Shown here one piece after another: positions 18,672 through 30,932 of a stretch of 64,000 bases of DNA. The notes beneath the pieces are model-generated. The model searched no databases. It was given only the letters and a program-made list of their open reading frames with translations, and was not told the origin of the DNA. Source of the stretch: Shigella phage ESh33; the sequence record ON528743; one strand, 5' to 3'. How positions within the stretch are numbered: the first letter of the stretch is position 1; each line of letters opens with the position of its first letter. The position numbers and the translations under genes are program-made.

Positions 18672-21600
18672 CTATTTTAACCTGTGTTGGATTTTCAGGG
18701 TCTCTTGGATTTCCTATATTATCTTTTAGACGTTTATTAACTAAATCTCTAAATTGCGCAAATGTTGTTCCAGATGCGTCAAATAGAGGACTCATTAATT
18801 TACGTCGTTCAGACGGCAATTGACCTTGAAATATTGAATTGTTATTTTCAGCATTATAGTCATCAGGAAGAGGATATTCTACACCAGCCATTGGGCCAGG
18901 CTCATAAATTGCTTCGCCTGTTACCGAATCATGCTCAATTTCACCAGTCGGAGTTAATTTAGCTACTCTATCAGCATATTCAGTAGGCAATCCAGAATCC
19001 CATTTATAGTTTTTGTATTTATTAATTATGGTCTCTGTATGTTTAAGAGTTAAACCAACATTAATAAACATAGTTAAAAGGGTAATTGCTATAAATCCAA
19101 ATCCTACTGGATGAACAAAACGAATAACGTCAGATTTCCAGCGGGAAGAAGGTAAGTTGGATTTAATTTTCATTACATAATATGATCGACTTCTATTAAT
19201 ATAGTCTATATTATTTTGAAGCAAATCCTTTCCTTTAACCCCACGAATAATTTCGCCTTCAAAACTAGGAAGTCTTTCTGCTTTAACTTCTTGACCGGCA
19301 ATCAATCTTCCCAAAAGATTATGAATAGTTACGGTCCATTGCAATTTACCATTAGAATAGCTTCTTTCTATATAAGTAACATTACATCTTCCTGTAGCTG
19401 TATAAATCGTTTGTCCTACTAAGTCTTCAGTCAAAGAATCAGATTGAACGATTATATCATATTCAGTACCAGCCCCAGATTCAATTTCAATTTCAACTTC
19501 TTCATTATAAAGAACTTTAAAAAGAAATTTGTATGATGCTTCAATTCCTTTAGTAGAATAAAAATCATAGCTACGTGATTCGAAAAATCTTGTAACAGCA
19601 TCACGTTTGTCAGCATTTAAATAAATGTTTCTTTTATATATCTCTGACCACAAATATTCCCATGCATGCTCTTCTCGTGGATATTTGTTACGAATTAAAT
19701 TTCGTAAATTGTTATACTGAGTTCCATATCCATCAGAAAGATACTGAATATATGCTTCGCAAAATGCCTCAAAATTCGAATCCTGCAACAAATAAGAATC
19801 AGGCATCATTGTGCCAATCAATGGTCTTAAATCAGGGTCAGCTAATCCACGCTCTTCTTCGGGCGACCAAGGAGTTTCATGCTCTTGGTTTTGTAAAAAT
19901 GCTTTTAAAAATACTTCAGTTGGCTTCCAAATAATTTCGACAGTGTCTCTAACACGATAGTTAAAATCATAGTAAGAAATTATTTCACCAGAGGCTTTAT
20001 AGAAAAGCATCCCAGATGCATATTTTTTAAATCCAGTGAATTTAACATTTGGCATTACTATAGTACAATCGCCATCATCCCAGTATTCATGAACTAATCT
20101 ATCTGGTGATGTTTCCGGAATATTTTCTATAACTTTAGTGTATTTTAAATCAGCATAAACTACTACAACCTTATCGGAGTTGTTTATCCAACAACGTGTG
20201 TTAGATTTTTTAGACCAGTTAAAGAACGGTTCTGCGTAGTATTTCATCGGCTGAGGCGTAAAAGTTTCCCAATCAGACTTTTCATCTGCTATAAATGCCA
20301 TCATATGATAATGCTTATCAGCTAACCATTCACGAGGAAATTCATATTTAACAGCACCGATTAACTGATATTTTGCTGCAGTTTCAGGGTCATTAACAAC
20401 ATTATCACTTAAAAATTTAAAATTACTCGATGATAGAGAAACTAATTTACCATCAGTTGACATATTCGCATACCCCGGTTGAATACGTCTTCTTTCTTCT
20501 TCAGTGTTGCCAAAAACTCTTTTCCACGTTTTTGTGTCGTGATTTAAAACATATATTCCTTTATCAGCAGAATCAATTATTTTTGATGTTCTAGGATTAG
20601 CATTTAATGTTTCAACTTCACCGATAATAAGAGCAAAAACTTTATCACCGATAGAATCCATTTTATAGCATACTGCTTTAGGATTTCCGGTTATAGTCAT
20701 CGTATCAGGTTCAAAAAGCCTTTCCGAATATGTTGGAGATAATGGATCAGAATCTATAGGTGCATTGCTCGTTTTTATGTATCTAACTTTGTCTCTGGCG
20801 ACAACGTAAATGTAGTCATCGGTGCAAGTAATAGCTTCTGCAATGCGATATACATTCGCTGGTAAAGTCGCGTAAGTGGCAAAAATTTCTACATCAAATC
20901 CTAAATGTAATTGGTCGCCAAGTTTAGCGAATGTTATATCCTGAGAACTAAATCTGACATCATCAGCTGACCATCTAACATCAGTCGATTTGCGGCTATA
21001 GAAAATCTTGTCGTATCCTAGAACGTATGTTGTGTTCGCAGATTGGTAATATACTGTCTTAGATAAAGGATATCCTACGCGGTCATTGAAGAGCTTTACA
21101 GCTTTCCAAGTTTGTCCTTTATCATTGGATACTTTAACTACAGGTTGATAACGCTCAAAAAGGTATAGAATCCCTTCTGATTCCATCAAATAAACTCGGT
21201 TAATATCCTTACATACTTGCTGAATAGAACCCTGTATTTCATGATACTCATTTTCACCAATAATAAAATTACTTATTGATGAAACATCAACATATGATGG
21301 GCTGAACTGAAATGATTCATTCATCAATGCAGCCATTATAGTGTCATTATTAAAATTAACATAATCAGAATTATTAAGAGTAAATTTTTCCTGAATGAAT
21401 TTATTAGCTAATTGCATTTCAATCATGTTTTGAAATGTATAAGCATTTGTAGCAAAAGTTTCAAACTCTTCGGTATAAATCCAATCAGACTGCTCAAAAT
21501 CTTGCGCAGCTGTAGCTACTCTAATAACGTATGATGTCAATGGGTCAGCATCATCAAAAAAGAAGCTGTTATTTGCAGTATATCCTAAGTTAATCCATCT

Positions 21601-21762
21601 GTATTGATTACTCGGGAGATTTTCCCCCGAGTTTGTTTTTGTCTCAGCGATTTCTACAAAATAGTAGAAATTAGCACCAACGTCATCCCAGCGTACTTGC
21701 ACCTGATTTGCGGATAACTTGGAAATTCTGAGACTAGTGACTGAAGGTGCTTTTACTGTCAT
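18664..21762 (-). CDS. 7: gp7 baseplate wedge protein
   Basis: 1032 aa; synteny 6-7-8; length matches T4 gp7. Confidence 0.9.
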   Translation of the reverse strand: MTVKAPSVTSLRISKLSANQVQVRWDDVGANFYYFVEIAETKTNSGENLPSNQYRWINLGYTANNSFFFDDADPLTSYVIRVATAAQDFEQSDWIYTEEFETFATNAYTFQNMIEMQLANKFIQEKFTLNNSDYVNFNNDTIMAALMNESFQFSPSYVDVSSISNFIIGENEYHEIQGSIQQVCKDINRVYLMESEGILYLFERYQPVVKVSNDKGQTWKAVKLFNDRVGYPLSKTVYYQSANTTYVLGYDKIFYSRKSTDVRWSADDVRFSSQDITFAKLGDQLHLGFDVEIFATYATLPANVYRIAEAITCTDDYIYVVARDKVRYIKTSNAPIDSDPLSPTYSERLFEPDTMTITGNPKAVCYKMDSIGDKVFALIIGEVETLNANPRTSKIIDSADKGIYVLNHDTKTWKRVFGNTEEERRRIQPGYANMSTDGKLVSLSSSNFKFLSDNVVNDPETAAKYQLIGAVKYEFPREWLADKHYHMMAFIADEKSDWETFTPQPMKYYAEPFFNWSKKSNTRCWINNSDKVVVVYADLKYTKVIENIPETSPDRLVHEYWDDGDCTIVMPNVKFTGFKKYASGMLFYKASGEIISYYDFNYRVRDTVEIIWKPTEVFLKAFLQNQEHETPWSPEEERGLADPDLRPLIGTMMPDSYLLQDSNFEAFCEAYIQYLSDGYGTQYNNLRNLIRNKYPREEHAWEYLWSEIYKRNIYLNADKRDAVTRFFESRSYDFYSTKGIEASYKFLFKVLYNEEVEIEIESGAGTEYDIIVQSDSLTEDLVGQTIYTATGRCNVTYIERSYSNGKLQWTVTIHNLLGRLIAGQEVKAERLPSFEGEIIRGVKGKDLLQNNIDYINRSRSYYVMKIKSNLPSSRWKSDVIRFVHPVGFGFIAITLLTMFINVGLTLKHTETIINKYKNYKWDSGLPTEYADRVAKLTPTGEIEHDSVTGEAIYEPGPMAGVEYPLPDDYNAENNNSIFQGQLPSERRKLMSPLFDASGTTFAQFRDLVNKRLKDNIGNPRDPENPTQVKIDE

Positions 21763-23741
21763 TGTGATATAGGCTCCAAATCGATAGTTAAGTATTGTGG
21801 ACGTAAGTCATTTTCAAATACAATCAGTGAACCATCGCGAGTAAAGATAACATCATCGGTTGGGTCAGAATATAATTCAATAGTCTGAACTTCAAATTTT
21901 TCAGATGTTAAATTAATTTTAGCGATATTCCAATAAATCACATCAGCTGGGTAATTTATTTCACCGATAACATAGTATTTGTCGCGTCCATCAGAATTTG
22001 CTAATTTGTTAAAATCGTTGCCTGTATACGGCTGAATGTTTTCATTTTCTGTAACATCGCCAGAAGCAAATGGACCAATAATAACTTTACCAATTCCTTT
22101 AGAATCTCGGTCTGTTGATACTATGCGAACGTCATATAATACATCTTCTTCTAAACCAGTATCAGGATTTACAACCTTTCGTCCGGAATTAAATGAAAAC
22201 GTATTAGATTCCATAGAACGATCTTTTATTTGATTATTGTATTTAATACCTGCTTCAGGCGTTTTATAGAAGTTTTGTACTTCACGAACAATTTGAATTG
22301 TCGCTGATGAGCCAATGATAGAATGATCTGCATCATCTACATATGTCAACATCTTAGATTTAGCGAAAGATGAGTTAAAAATTTCTACATCTTCGGTATA
22401 ATAACGATCAATTTTATCAATTATTTGACCTTCGAGCCACTGTTCGGATTCTTGCAGCTTATTTAAAGCATATGTGACTTTTAAATTAGTCTTAATAAAA
22501 AGATAATTAGGAGAAATAATTGATGGCGTAATAGGAGCTAAATTATAGTCTTTGAGATAATTTTTAATATCTTCGCGCTGTACAGTCGTTAAATATAGCC
22601 CTGATTTAGGTTTAGCAGCAATAAATGCATAACCAGGTTTAGTAGAATCAGTGAACGTCTGAACTGCTTGAATAATAGAACCAAATCTCTCTGAAACGAA
22701 TGTATCATAGTCAGTCGCAGTTACGCAGCGTTGCTGGGTTTCGCGTTTAATAGTACCCAATTCGCGAATACGTTCAATATCTTCTGGATCACCGCCGCCA
22801 TCTGCCCCAACAAAATCTGGGTCATCGTTTGGATTTTCATTAATATTGATGACAGTTATATTTGTTAATGTATCTGCGTATGAAAATCCGACTGCGCCAT
22901 TCGCATCTGCACCGTTAGTACTGATGTACTCAATAACAATCGTAGAGTTCTGGGTAGGCTTAAGACCTCCAATATAATTAGCAGTCAATGCTCCTTCTGC
23001 CGCATTAACAGAAATCTCGCCTTCACCAAAATAAAACTCAGTATTTCCATCAATAGTTTCACGCATGTAGTAAATTGTTGATGTAGAACCAGCATGAACC
23101 ATTGACTTTCTTGTCCAGTTAATCCATTCTGCTCCATCAACGTACAGTTTAACTTGGTTTCTATCAATATTTTTATCATAAATGATAATAGGTGTTAATT
23201 TATCATAAATGATTTCAGTTCTTACTATACGTCCCTGAGCCAATTTTAAACGCGGAAAATATTGGTTATTTTTATCACGAATGGCAATAACGTCTTCGGT
23301 AGAAACGAAGTTATATGGATTAACAGAAGTATCTTTTGCATATGCTAAAAAGCGAGTTCCGCGAGGAATAGTAATGTAATTCCTATTCAATGCGTCTGTA
23401 CAAGTTAACATAATTTCAGTCTGCGCAGCGGATTTTGAAGTAGGTAAATATCCATTATCTTGTGCCGCTTGAACTACTGAACTACGTAAGTTAGCAGTAC
23501 GCATAAAGCTTTCATACACGGCAGCATTACCAAACTGCTGAATGTACAATGTATTATAAGCCAAAAGGTCGCACAGAACGTTTAATCTTGAGCCTTCAAA
23601 ATCATAATCCAAAAATTCATTTTGGCCATTAAGCCATTCAATGAGGTTTTGTTTTATTTCAGCAAATGTACCCCCGACGAATATCTCGGGAATAGCATTT
23701 GCTGTTCTTGTTAATTGATAATTTACAGGGGTATTTGCCAT
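21759..23741 (-). CDS. 6: gp6 baseplate wedge protein
   Basis: 660 aa; synteny; length matches T4 gp6. Confidence 0.9.
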   Translation of the reverse strand: MANTPVNYQLTRTANAIPEIFVGGTFAEIKQNLIEWLNGQNEFLDYDFEGSRLNVLCDLLAYNTLYIQQFGNAAVYESFMRTANLRSSVVQAAQDNGYLPTSKSAAQTEIMLTCTDALNRNYITIPRGTRFLAYAKDTSVNPYNFVSTEDVIAIRDKNNQYFPRLKLAQGRIVRTEIIYDKLTPIIIYDKNIDRNQVKLYVDGAEWINWTRKSMVHAGSTSTIYYMRETIDGNTEFYFGEGEISVNAAEGALTANYIGGLKPTQNSTIVIEYISTNGADANGAVGFSYADTLTNITVININENPNDDPDFVGADGGGDPEDIERIRELGTIKRETQQRCVTATDYDTFVSERFGSIIQAVQTFTDSTKPGYAFIAAKPKSGLYLTTVQREDIKNYLKDYNLAPITPSIISPNYLFIKTNLKVTYALNKLQESEQWLEGQIIDKIDRYYTEDVEIFNSSFAKSKMLTYVDDADHSIIGSSATIQIVREVQNFYKTPEAGIKYNNQIKDRSMESNTFSFNSGRKVVNPDTGLEEDVLYDVRIVSTDRDSKGIGKVIIGPFASGDVTENENIQPYTGNDFNKLANSDGRDKYYVIGEINYPADVIYWNIAKINLTSEKFEVQTIELYSDPTDDVIFTRDGSLIVFENDLRPQYLTIDLEPISQ

Positions 23742-23749
23742 TTTAAATC

Positions 23750-24043
23750 CTATTTAATGAATACTTTAGATGATGCCTGAGCCACAGTATCACCGCATGA
23801 TATTGGATCAGCCATTTGAACAGCTTTCTTTCCAGTGACATATACCTTAGAAGTTCTAGGTTGTGTCACTCCGCCATGTGTTTCATATGGCTTTTTAATT
23901 TCTGTATGTTCTGTAATTGGATCACCTGCTACGAGAACAGCAATTCCTCCAGTGAATACTTTACTTTGCGTAGCATTCACAACTGTTGGAGGCCATGCTT
24001 CATGGCCGGCAGTAACACACTTATCATAACTTAATCCTGACAT
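23750..24043 (-). CDS. 5.4: gp5.4 PAAR-repeat spike tip protein
   Basis: 97 aa directly upstream of gp6; length and position match T4 gp5.4. Confidence 0.8.
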
Positions 24044-24627
24044 TTATAATACCCCGCTTTAACTCGCCCCTTTAAGGTACTATAATTTATATTAAGAGCT
24101 TTAGCTGCGATTTTAATACTTTTATATAAAACGCCGTTGATAATAACAGATTTAGCATTAGGGGCTATTTTGCCATACCTTGGGTTATTGGCGCCACACA
24201 TCTTCAGAGTTTTACCTCTAGGCCCTCTAGGCCCTCTTTTTCTAGACGATTTAATGCTAATTTTCAATCTAGTTTCACGCGAATGAGATTTACCGTAAAA
24301 TCCATTTTTAGCACCCGCTGTGTTATGTTTTGGGAAGCCACCGATACCGCCTAGTTTCATATTATAAGTTTTCTTAGATTTAACAAATTCCTCTGTGACT
24401 ATTTCTGCCTCTGCGTCATACATAGCTTTTTCAGATTCAAAGAATTTTATAATATGCTTATAAAAATTATCTATGCCATATTTTTTAATGGCATTTTTAA
24501 TGGCAACGCCAGAACCCATATACCCATCATCCAAATTTGAAGTTTTGTGGACGCCTACATAAATTTTTCCTGTTGTTTTATTAGTTATTGAATACAAATA
24601 AAAATATTTATGGTCTTGCATAGACAT
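24031..24627 (-). CDS. segC: GIY-YIG homing endonuclease (Seg family, SegC-like by position)
   Basis: 198 aa; N-terminal [23 protein letters not shown] is a GIY-YIG motif; basic C-terminal DNA-binding tail; sits between 5.1 and 5.4 overlapping both. Symbol is positional recall, not verified. Confidence 0.7.
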
Positions 24628-25165
24628 ATTCTCTCAATTTATTAGCCCAACGACTCCAATTTCCAACTATAGTTTTTGTGTAATTTTTAACAAGAGTTTT
24701 TCTTATTGGAGCTGGAGGATTCGTTGGTTCAGTAGTATCAGAAGATGACCTAGAATTACTGCCAGAACCTCCAGATTCACCTTGTTCTTGGTAGTCATAT
24801 ATTAATGTTACTTCGTAAGTGAATGTCTTCTGGAGGTTTTGAGGAGCTTTCCATAAATATAACTGAGTATTAGAATCAGTTGGAAGGTCTTCCCATGAAG
24901 CAGCGGTTTTAAATTCATTATCTAAACGATATTTCAACGCATCATTTCCAAATCCAAATACAGATTCATACGTTCCATATAAACGATTTTCTTCTACTAA
25001 AACCCCAGGAGTTTCTTCGTAACTAGTTATATTTATAGATACTAACGTTTCACCTGTTTCTAATTGAGCGGTAAAGGTGACGTCGATAGAAGAACCTTCC
25101 ATGGATTCTCCTAAATCAGTGCTCATTGGAAGTATATTAGCCAATGTCAATCCTCGATCCATCAA
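24608..25165 (-). CDS. 5.1: gp5.1-like conserved protein downstream of gene 5
   Basis: 185 aa ORF overlapping the gp5 stop; position as in T4; function unknown. Confidence 0.6.
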   Translation of the reverse strand: MMDRGLTLANILPMSTDLGESMEGSSIDVTFTAQLETGETLVSINITSYEETPGVLVEENRLYGTYESVFGFGNDALKYRLDNEFKTAASWEDLPTDSNTQLYLWKAPQNLQKTFTYEVTLIYDYQEQGESGGSGSNSRSSSDTTEPTNPPAPIRKTLVKNYTKTIVGNWSRWANKLREYVYARP

Positions 25166-26864
25166 TTGTGTATTGACCAGATGAAATAGAACTCATAGAT
25201 GCCATTTTTTCTGTCCAATCGCCACCAACGTCCCAATCAACTGTCCCAGCAACTTTCCAAGAAAGATTTCCATTTACTGTATTAGTCTGATTTCCTTCAA
25301 CTAAAGTGGTAGCATCTCCTTTAACTGTAATGTCAGCATTACCTTCAACTACAATAGTAACATTACCTTTAACTAGGATAGTTCCATTACCTTCAACTGT
25401 CTTAGTTTCATCGCCACGTACAAATATTGTATTGCTTCCATCTATTTGGTGAAGACGATTATCCATGTTGTAATAAATTTCTGATCCACCGACGTTAGTC
25501 TTTTTATCGCCGGCTACCAAAAAATTACCATCAGCATTTGTTATATCATACAAATTATCAACAGTTTTTCTTGTTCTTCTCCCTGACGGTGATACTTCTT
25601 CATAAGTTCCAGTTGGATGAACTAATCTATATCGTTCTTGCCCAGGGGTATCATCAAATTCCTGAATATGCCCACTTTCAGTTTCCATTGTATGCACATA
25701 AGGATATTCGCCTTTATATGAAGAAACTGGTTCTTTGAATAAAATTCTTGAATCATTTGGAATAGGAGGGTCAGCAGGGTCAGAAGATTTAGCTACAGTC
25801 GCAGCCATTGCCGATAAAGACCTAGCTGGAGTTTTCACTTCAACACCATATGATTCCAAATTCCCCGTAAGAATAATCATGGTAACACGGGATGCACGGC
25901 CTTTTGTTTGTTGATACCACAATGAATCACGACCGGCTTTATATGCTTTTTCCCAATCTCCTGCTAACATAGCAGTTAACATTGTGTTAAATTTAGCTAC
26001 ACCGCCAACACCCATCTGAAATGCCATATTTTCTAATGCCATTTGACGAGAACGATTGACAGCTTGCCAGACTGGTCCTACTTTAGAATGTGATTTAATG
26101 TCACGTTGCATATCAGCCAAATCACGCTCAAATAAAGTCGTCGCCTCTTCCATTGTAATAGAACCTGGGTTTCCAGTAATTTCACGACCAACTTGTTTTG
26201 ATAAAACTTTATTAATTTGAGCCATATCACGAACTGGCTGCTTCATGATAAGATGACCAATTCCAATTGTCGGATATCCTTCGGTATCCCAATAAACTTT
26301 TAGTCTTAATCCTTCATCACGGCGAAGCATTTCAGCCATTGACATATTTGGATTATCATCAGTTGGAATCTCTGATAGTGGTCTATCATCAGGATTTATT
26401 GCAGTGTCTAAGTTACTATCTTGGATAACGTTAGAAGACGAATCATATCCTACTTCTCCGCCTTGGTTTAGTACGTTAGTATCATTTCCTAAACGTCTAG
26501 GATATTGCCCAGTTGGGTCAGAAAATCCTTCAAGTCTATTCGGTTTTTCGCGAACTATTCCACCATACGTGCCAAGGACAATTCCGTTAGTTTTCCATTT
26601 GTCCAAAAAATGACCATAAACTCTAGTTCCTTCTACCGGTCCAGTAACAGAACCTCCAATTCCTGACATTGCTGCAGAAGTTATAGGTTGAATAACTGAC
26701 ATCCATGGTAATTTTTCAGTTGGAATACCCATTACATCACCTTGTGCTCTTTGAGGTGGATGCAAACCAACCACACGAACACGAACACGACCTAATTTCA
26801 ATGGGTCCATTCTATCTTCAACAACACCAACAAACCAATTGAGGTTATTACTTATCATTTCCAT
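25137..26864 (-). CDS. 5: gp5 baseplate hub/cell-puncturing device with lysozyme domain
   Basis: 575 aa; internal lysozyme-like segment MAEMLRRDEGLRLKVYWDTEGYPTIGIGHLI resembles T4 lysozyme; C-terminal VxGxxxV beta-helix repeats. Confidence 0.95.
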   Translation of the reverse strand: MEMISNNLNWFVGVVEDRMDPLKLGRVRVRVVGLHPPQRAQGDVMGIPTEKLPWMSVIQPITSAAMSGIGGSVTGPVEGTRVYGHFLDKWKTNGIVLGTYGGIVREKPNRLEGFSDPTGQYPRRLGNDTNVLNQGGEVGYDSSSNVIQDSNLDTAINPDDRPLSEIPTDDNPNMSMAEMLRRDEGLRLKVYWDTEGYPTIGIGHLIMKQPVRDMAQINKVLSKQVGREITGNPGSITMEEATTLFERDLADMQRDIKSHSKVGPVWQAVNRSRQMALENMAFQMGVGGVAKFNTMLTAMLAGDWEKAYKAGRDSLWYQQTKGRASRVTMIILTGNLESYGVEVKTPARSLSAMAATVAKSSDPADPPIPNDSRILFKEPVSSYKGEYPYVHTMETESGHIQEFDDTPGQERYRLVHPTGTYEEVSPSGRRTRKTVDNLYDITNADGNFLVAGDKKTNVGGSEIYYNMDNRLHQIDGSNTIFVRGDETKTVEGNGTILVKGNVTIVVEGNADITVKGDATTLVEGNQTNTVNGNLSWKVAGTVDWDVGGDWTEKMASMSSISSGQYTIDGSRIDIG

Positions 26865-27438
26865 AAGATTTCTCCATTATACGTATAAGGTCGTTCATAA
26901 ATGAATTAATGTCTGATTTTGCTATTATTTTTATTTGACGAAGTTTTTCATTTTCAAGAACAGCAGCTTCATACGTATCGACCGCAGCAAGTGCTCCTTC
27001 ATATTGAGGATATTTTCTAGCTTTATCACCTTTGTCATACCAAACATATGGATTATCATCGTATGATACTAAATTATAAAATTTTTCACCGTTCTCATTC
27101 ACATGATATACTATTTGGTCTCCACCTACGTTTTTGTATTTTTGTATAGATGCTTGATAAGCAGCTTCTTGTGAAGTAATCCATCCATAATACGGATCAT
27201 AATTATCATTACACATCAATAAAACCCAATACAACTGCGGATTTCCATATATAGTATTTGCTAATTCTTCCGGGCGTGGTGAACCTTTAATATAATAAGT
27301 ACGTAAGCGGTATCCCGCAAGAGCACGTTTGAAATAGTCTTTATAGTTTCTAAAAATATCTGTCATAGGAATAGTCGGCGCGTTTTTATTCACCGTTTTG
27401 GCCGCATATTCAATCGGATCAAAAAATGTAAAGAGCAT
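26848..27438 (-). CDS. 53: gp53 baseplate wedge protein
   Basis: 196 aa; position upstream of gp5; length matches T4 gp53. Confidence 0.9.
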   Translation of the reverse strand: MLFTFFDPIEYAAKTVNKNAPTIPMTDIFRNYKDYFKRALAGYRLRTYYIKGSPRPEELANTIYGNPQLYWVLLMCNDNYDPYYGWITSQEAAYQASIQKYKNVGGDQIVYHVNENGEKFYNLVSYDDNPYVWYDKGDKARKYPQYEGALAAVDTYEAAVLENEKLRQIKIIAKSDINSFMNDLIRIMEKSYGNDK

Positions 27439-27451
27439 GGGCCCTCCTGTT

Positions 27452-27474
27452 TATAAATATATTATCTATTTATA
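27452..27474. promoter_or_regulatory. divergent late promoters (TATAAATA on + at 27452-27459 for gene 4; on - at 27467-27474 for gene 53)
   Basis: Two back-to-back TATAAATA boxes in the 47-bp gap between divergently transcribed gp53 and gp4. Confidence 0.6.
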
Positions 27475-27485
27475 AGGAGAATCCA

Positions 27486-27938
27486 ATGGCATATTCTGGA
27501 AAATGGGTTCCTAAAAATATATCAAAGTATAGAGGTGACCCTAAAAAAATTACGTATAGATCAAATTGGGAAAAATTCTTTTTTGAATGGTTAGATAAAA
27601 ATCCAGAAATTATTGCATGGGGTAGTGAAACAGCAGTAATTCCTTATTTTTGTAATGCAGAAGGGAAAAAACGTAGATACTTCATGGATATTTGGATGAA
27701 AGATTCTTCTGGACAAGAATTTTTTATTGAAATAAAGCCTAAAAAAGAAACACAACCACCAGTTAAACCAGCACATCTAACAACTGCAGCGAAGAAAAGA
27801 TTTATGAATGAAATTTATACATATTCTGTTAACACCGATAAATGGAAAGCAGCGCAAGCTTTAGCTGAAAAGCGTGGAATAAAATTTAGAATTCTAACAG
27901 AAGATGGATTACGAGCTCTTGGCTTTAAGGGGGCATAA
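27486..27938 (+). CDS. 4: gp4 head completion protein
   Basis: 150 aa; [30 protein letters not shown]; length/sequence match T4 gp4. Confidence 0.9.
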   Translation: MAYSGKWVPKNISKYRGDPKKITYRSNWEKFFFEWLDKNPEIIAWGSETAVIPYFCNAEGKKRRYFMDIWMKDSSGQEFFIEIKPKKETQPPVKPAHLTTAAKKRFMNEIYTYSVNTDKWKAAQALAEKRGIKFRILTEDGLRALGFKGA

Positions 27939-28762
27939 TGGCTATTTTTCAAATAATTAATGAAAGCACTCCCCAAGTTCCAAAGGTTAAGCAATCATTA
28001 AACGAAAAGAAATGGATTCAGATAGGTCTTGAATATAAAAAGGCCAAAGCAAAAGGAATGGCAGGAAAGCAATTTGCTGAAGAAAGAGGAATCAAATACT
28101 CTACGTTTACTTCGGCAATGTCAAAATATGCTTCAGGAATTAAAACAGCTGAAAAGATTCAAAAGCTTGAATCAAAACCAATGAACAAGCTAAATAAGCA
28201 AGAAAGACAATTGCTTATGATAAATTCATTCAGACAAACATTGCGCGATAAAATTCGTAATGAAGGTGCAGCAATTAATAATAAAACCAGAAAATGGTTT
28301 GCTGAAACTATTAAGCAAGTAAAAGGACATAAAGTTGTTCGCCCGCAGCCGGGACGAATATATGCTTTTGCTTATGATGCTAAACACAAGGAAACTCTTC
28401 CTTACTGGGATAAATTTCCTTTGATAATTTACCTTGGTTTAGGTAAGCATAATTTAATGTACGGATTAAACCTGCACTATATTCCACCTAAAGCTCGTCA
28501 GCAATTTCTAGAAGAGCTTTTAAAGCAATATGCAAATACACCTACTATTACTAATAAAACGAAATTAAAAATTGATTGGAGTCAAGTGAAAGGATTTAGG
28601 GGTGCAGACCAAATGATTAAGGCATATATACCCGGTAATATTATGGGTAGCCTTGTTGAAATCGCCCCGAAAGACTGGGCGAACGTTGTGTTAATGCCAC
28701 TTCAGCAGTTCGTTTCAAAAGGAAAACGTTTCTCTGCAAACAAAGTCTGGTCAAATATCTAA
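27938..28762 (+). CDS. 2: gp2 DNA end protector protein
   Basis: 274 aa; synteny 4-2-3; length matches T4 gp2. Confidence 0.9.
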   Translation: MAIFQIINESTPQVPKVKQSLNEKKWIQIGLEYKKAKAKGMAGKQFAEERGIKYSTFTSAMSKYASGIKTAEKIQKLESKPMNKLNKQERQLLMINSFRQTLRDKIRNEGAAINNKTRKWFAETIKQVKGHKVVRPQPGRIYAFAYDAKHKETLPYWDKFPLIIYLGLGKHNLMYGLNLHYIPPKARQQFLEELLKQYANTPTITNKTKLKIDWSQVKGFRGADQMIKAYIPGNIMGSLVEIAPKDWANVVLMPLQQFVSKGKRFSANKVWSNI

Positions 28763-28868
28763 TTCTATTATCTTCCATTCTTTTCTGTTGTTTGTTCTAA
28801 ATGGAATTGAATGGAAGGGACTTAGACCCATTATACCACCAACAGTTATAAAGCATTATGAGGAATAT

Positions 28869-29399
28869 ATGTCGCAAGCTCTGCAACAAATTTTTAACCA
28901 AGCAAATACAACTAACTTTGTAGTATCAATACCACATAGTAATACTACATCTGCTTTTACTTTAAATGCTCAGTCAGTTCCTATTCCAGGAATTAGAATA
29001 CCTGTTACTGATACCGTGACTGGGCCGTTTGGACTGGGTAGAGCACAACGTCCAGGTGTTACATTTGAGTATGATCCACTCATTGTGAGATTTATAGTTG
29101 ATGAAGAGCTTAAGTCATGGATAGGAATGTATGAATGGATGCTAGGAACTAGTAACTATCTTACAGGCGAAAATACTGCCCAAAAAACAGGTCCTGAATA
29201 CATTACGCTTTACATTTTAGATAATAGTAAAACTGAAATCGTGATGTCAATAAATTTTTATAAGCCCTGGGTTTCTGACCTGTCTGAAGTAGAATTTAGC
29301 TACACAGAAGATTCAGACCCAGCCTTAGTATGCACAGCAACGATTCCTTATACGTATTTTCAAGTAGAAAAAGATGGAAAAATTATAGCAGAAGTTTAA
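28869..29399 (+). CDS. 3: gp3 tail completion/tube terminator
   Basis: 176 aa from ATG 28869 (MSQALQQIFNQ, RBS GAGG upstream); track ORF begins at an upstream TTG. Confidence 0.85.
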   Translation: MSQALQQIFNQANTTNFVVSIPHSNTTSAFTLNAQSVPIPGIRIPVTDTVTGPFGLGRAQRPGVTFEYDPLIVRFIVDEELKSWIGMYEWMLGTSNYLTGENTAQKTGPEYITLYILDNSKTEIVMSINFYKPWVSDLSEVEFSYTEDSDPALVCTATIPYTYFQVEKDGKIIAEV

Positions 29400-29448
29400 T
29401 GCTTCAGTTTTGTGTGTTATAATCTTAATTAAATTTGAGGAGAAACAC

Positions 29449-30161
29449 ATGAAACTAATCTTTTTAAGCGGTGTAAAGCGTAGTGGAAAAGATACTACTG
29501 CTGATTTTATCATGAGCAATTATTCTGCAGTTAAATACCAACTTGCTGGTCCTATTAAGGATGCATTGGCTTATGCATGGGGAGTATTTGCAGCAAACAC
29601 TGACTATCCTTGCTTAACTCGTAAAGAGTTTGAAGGAATTGACTATGATCGTGAAACTAATTTAAATCTGACTAAATTAGAAGTAATTACGATTATGGAA
29701 CAAGCATTTTGCTATCTTAATAGTAAAAGCCCAATTAAAGGTGTGTTTGTTTTTGATGACGCAGTTAATTTCGTAGCATTTAACAAGATTGCTGACGTTA
29801 TAAATAATATTGAAGATCAATGGTCAGTCCGTCGTCTGATGCAAGCCCTAGGTACGGATTTGATTGTTAATAACTTCGACCGCATGTATTGGGTAAAATT
29901 ATTTGCTTTAGATTATCTTGATAAATTTAACTCAGGTTATGATTATTATATCGTTCCTGATACTCGTCAAGATCATGAAATGGATGCGGCTAGGGCGATG
30001 GGTGCTACAGTAATTCATGTAGTTCGTCCTGGTCAAAAATCCAATGATACTCATATTACAGAAGCTGGATTGCCAATTCGTGATGGCGATTTAGTAATTA
30101 CAAACGATGGTTCTCTTGAAGAACTTTTTTCTAAAATTAAAAATACACTAAAGGTACTATA

Positions 30162-30162
<1 letters not shown>
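29449..30162 (+). CDS. 1: gp1 deoxynucleoside monophosphate kinase
   Basis: 237 aa from ATG 29449 (RBS GAGGAG); P-loop LSGVKRSGKDT; position before 57A. Confidence 0.85.
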
Positions 30163-30859
<697 letters not shown>

Positions 30860-30871
30860 TTTCACAAAGTT

Positions 30872-30901
30872 GTTTACATGCTGATGAGGTAGTGATACTA
30901 T
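30872..30901 (+). promoter_or_regulatory. early promoter (GTTTAC ... TACTAT) upstream of ipI, overlapping 10-bp inverted repeat
   Basis: Preceded by AATAATTTCACAAAG UP-like element; TGATGAGGTA/TACCTCATCA arms flank the -10. Confidence 0.5.
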
Positions 30902-30932
30902 TACCTCATCAAAATTAATTAGGAAAAATAAA

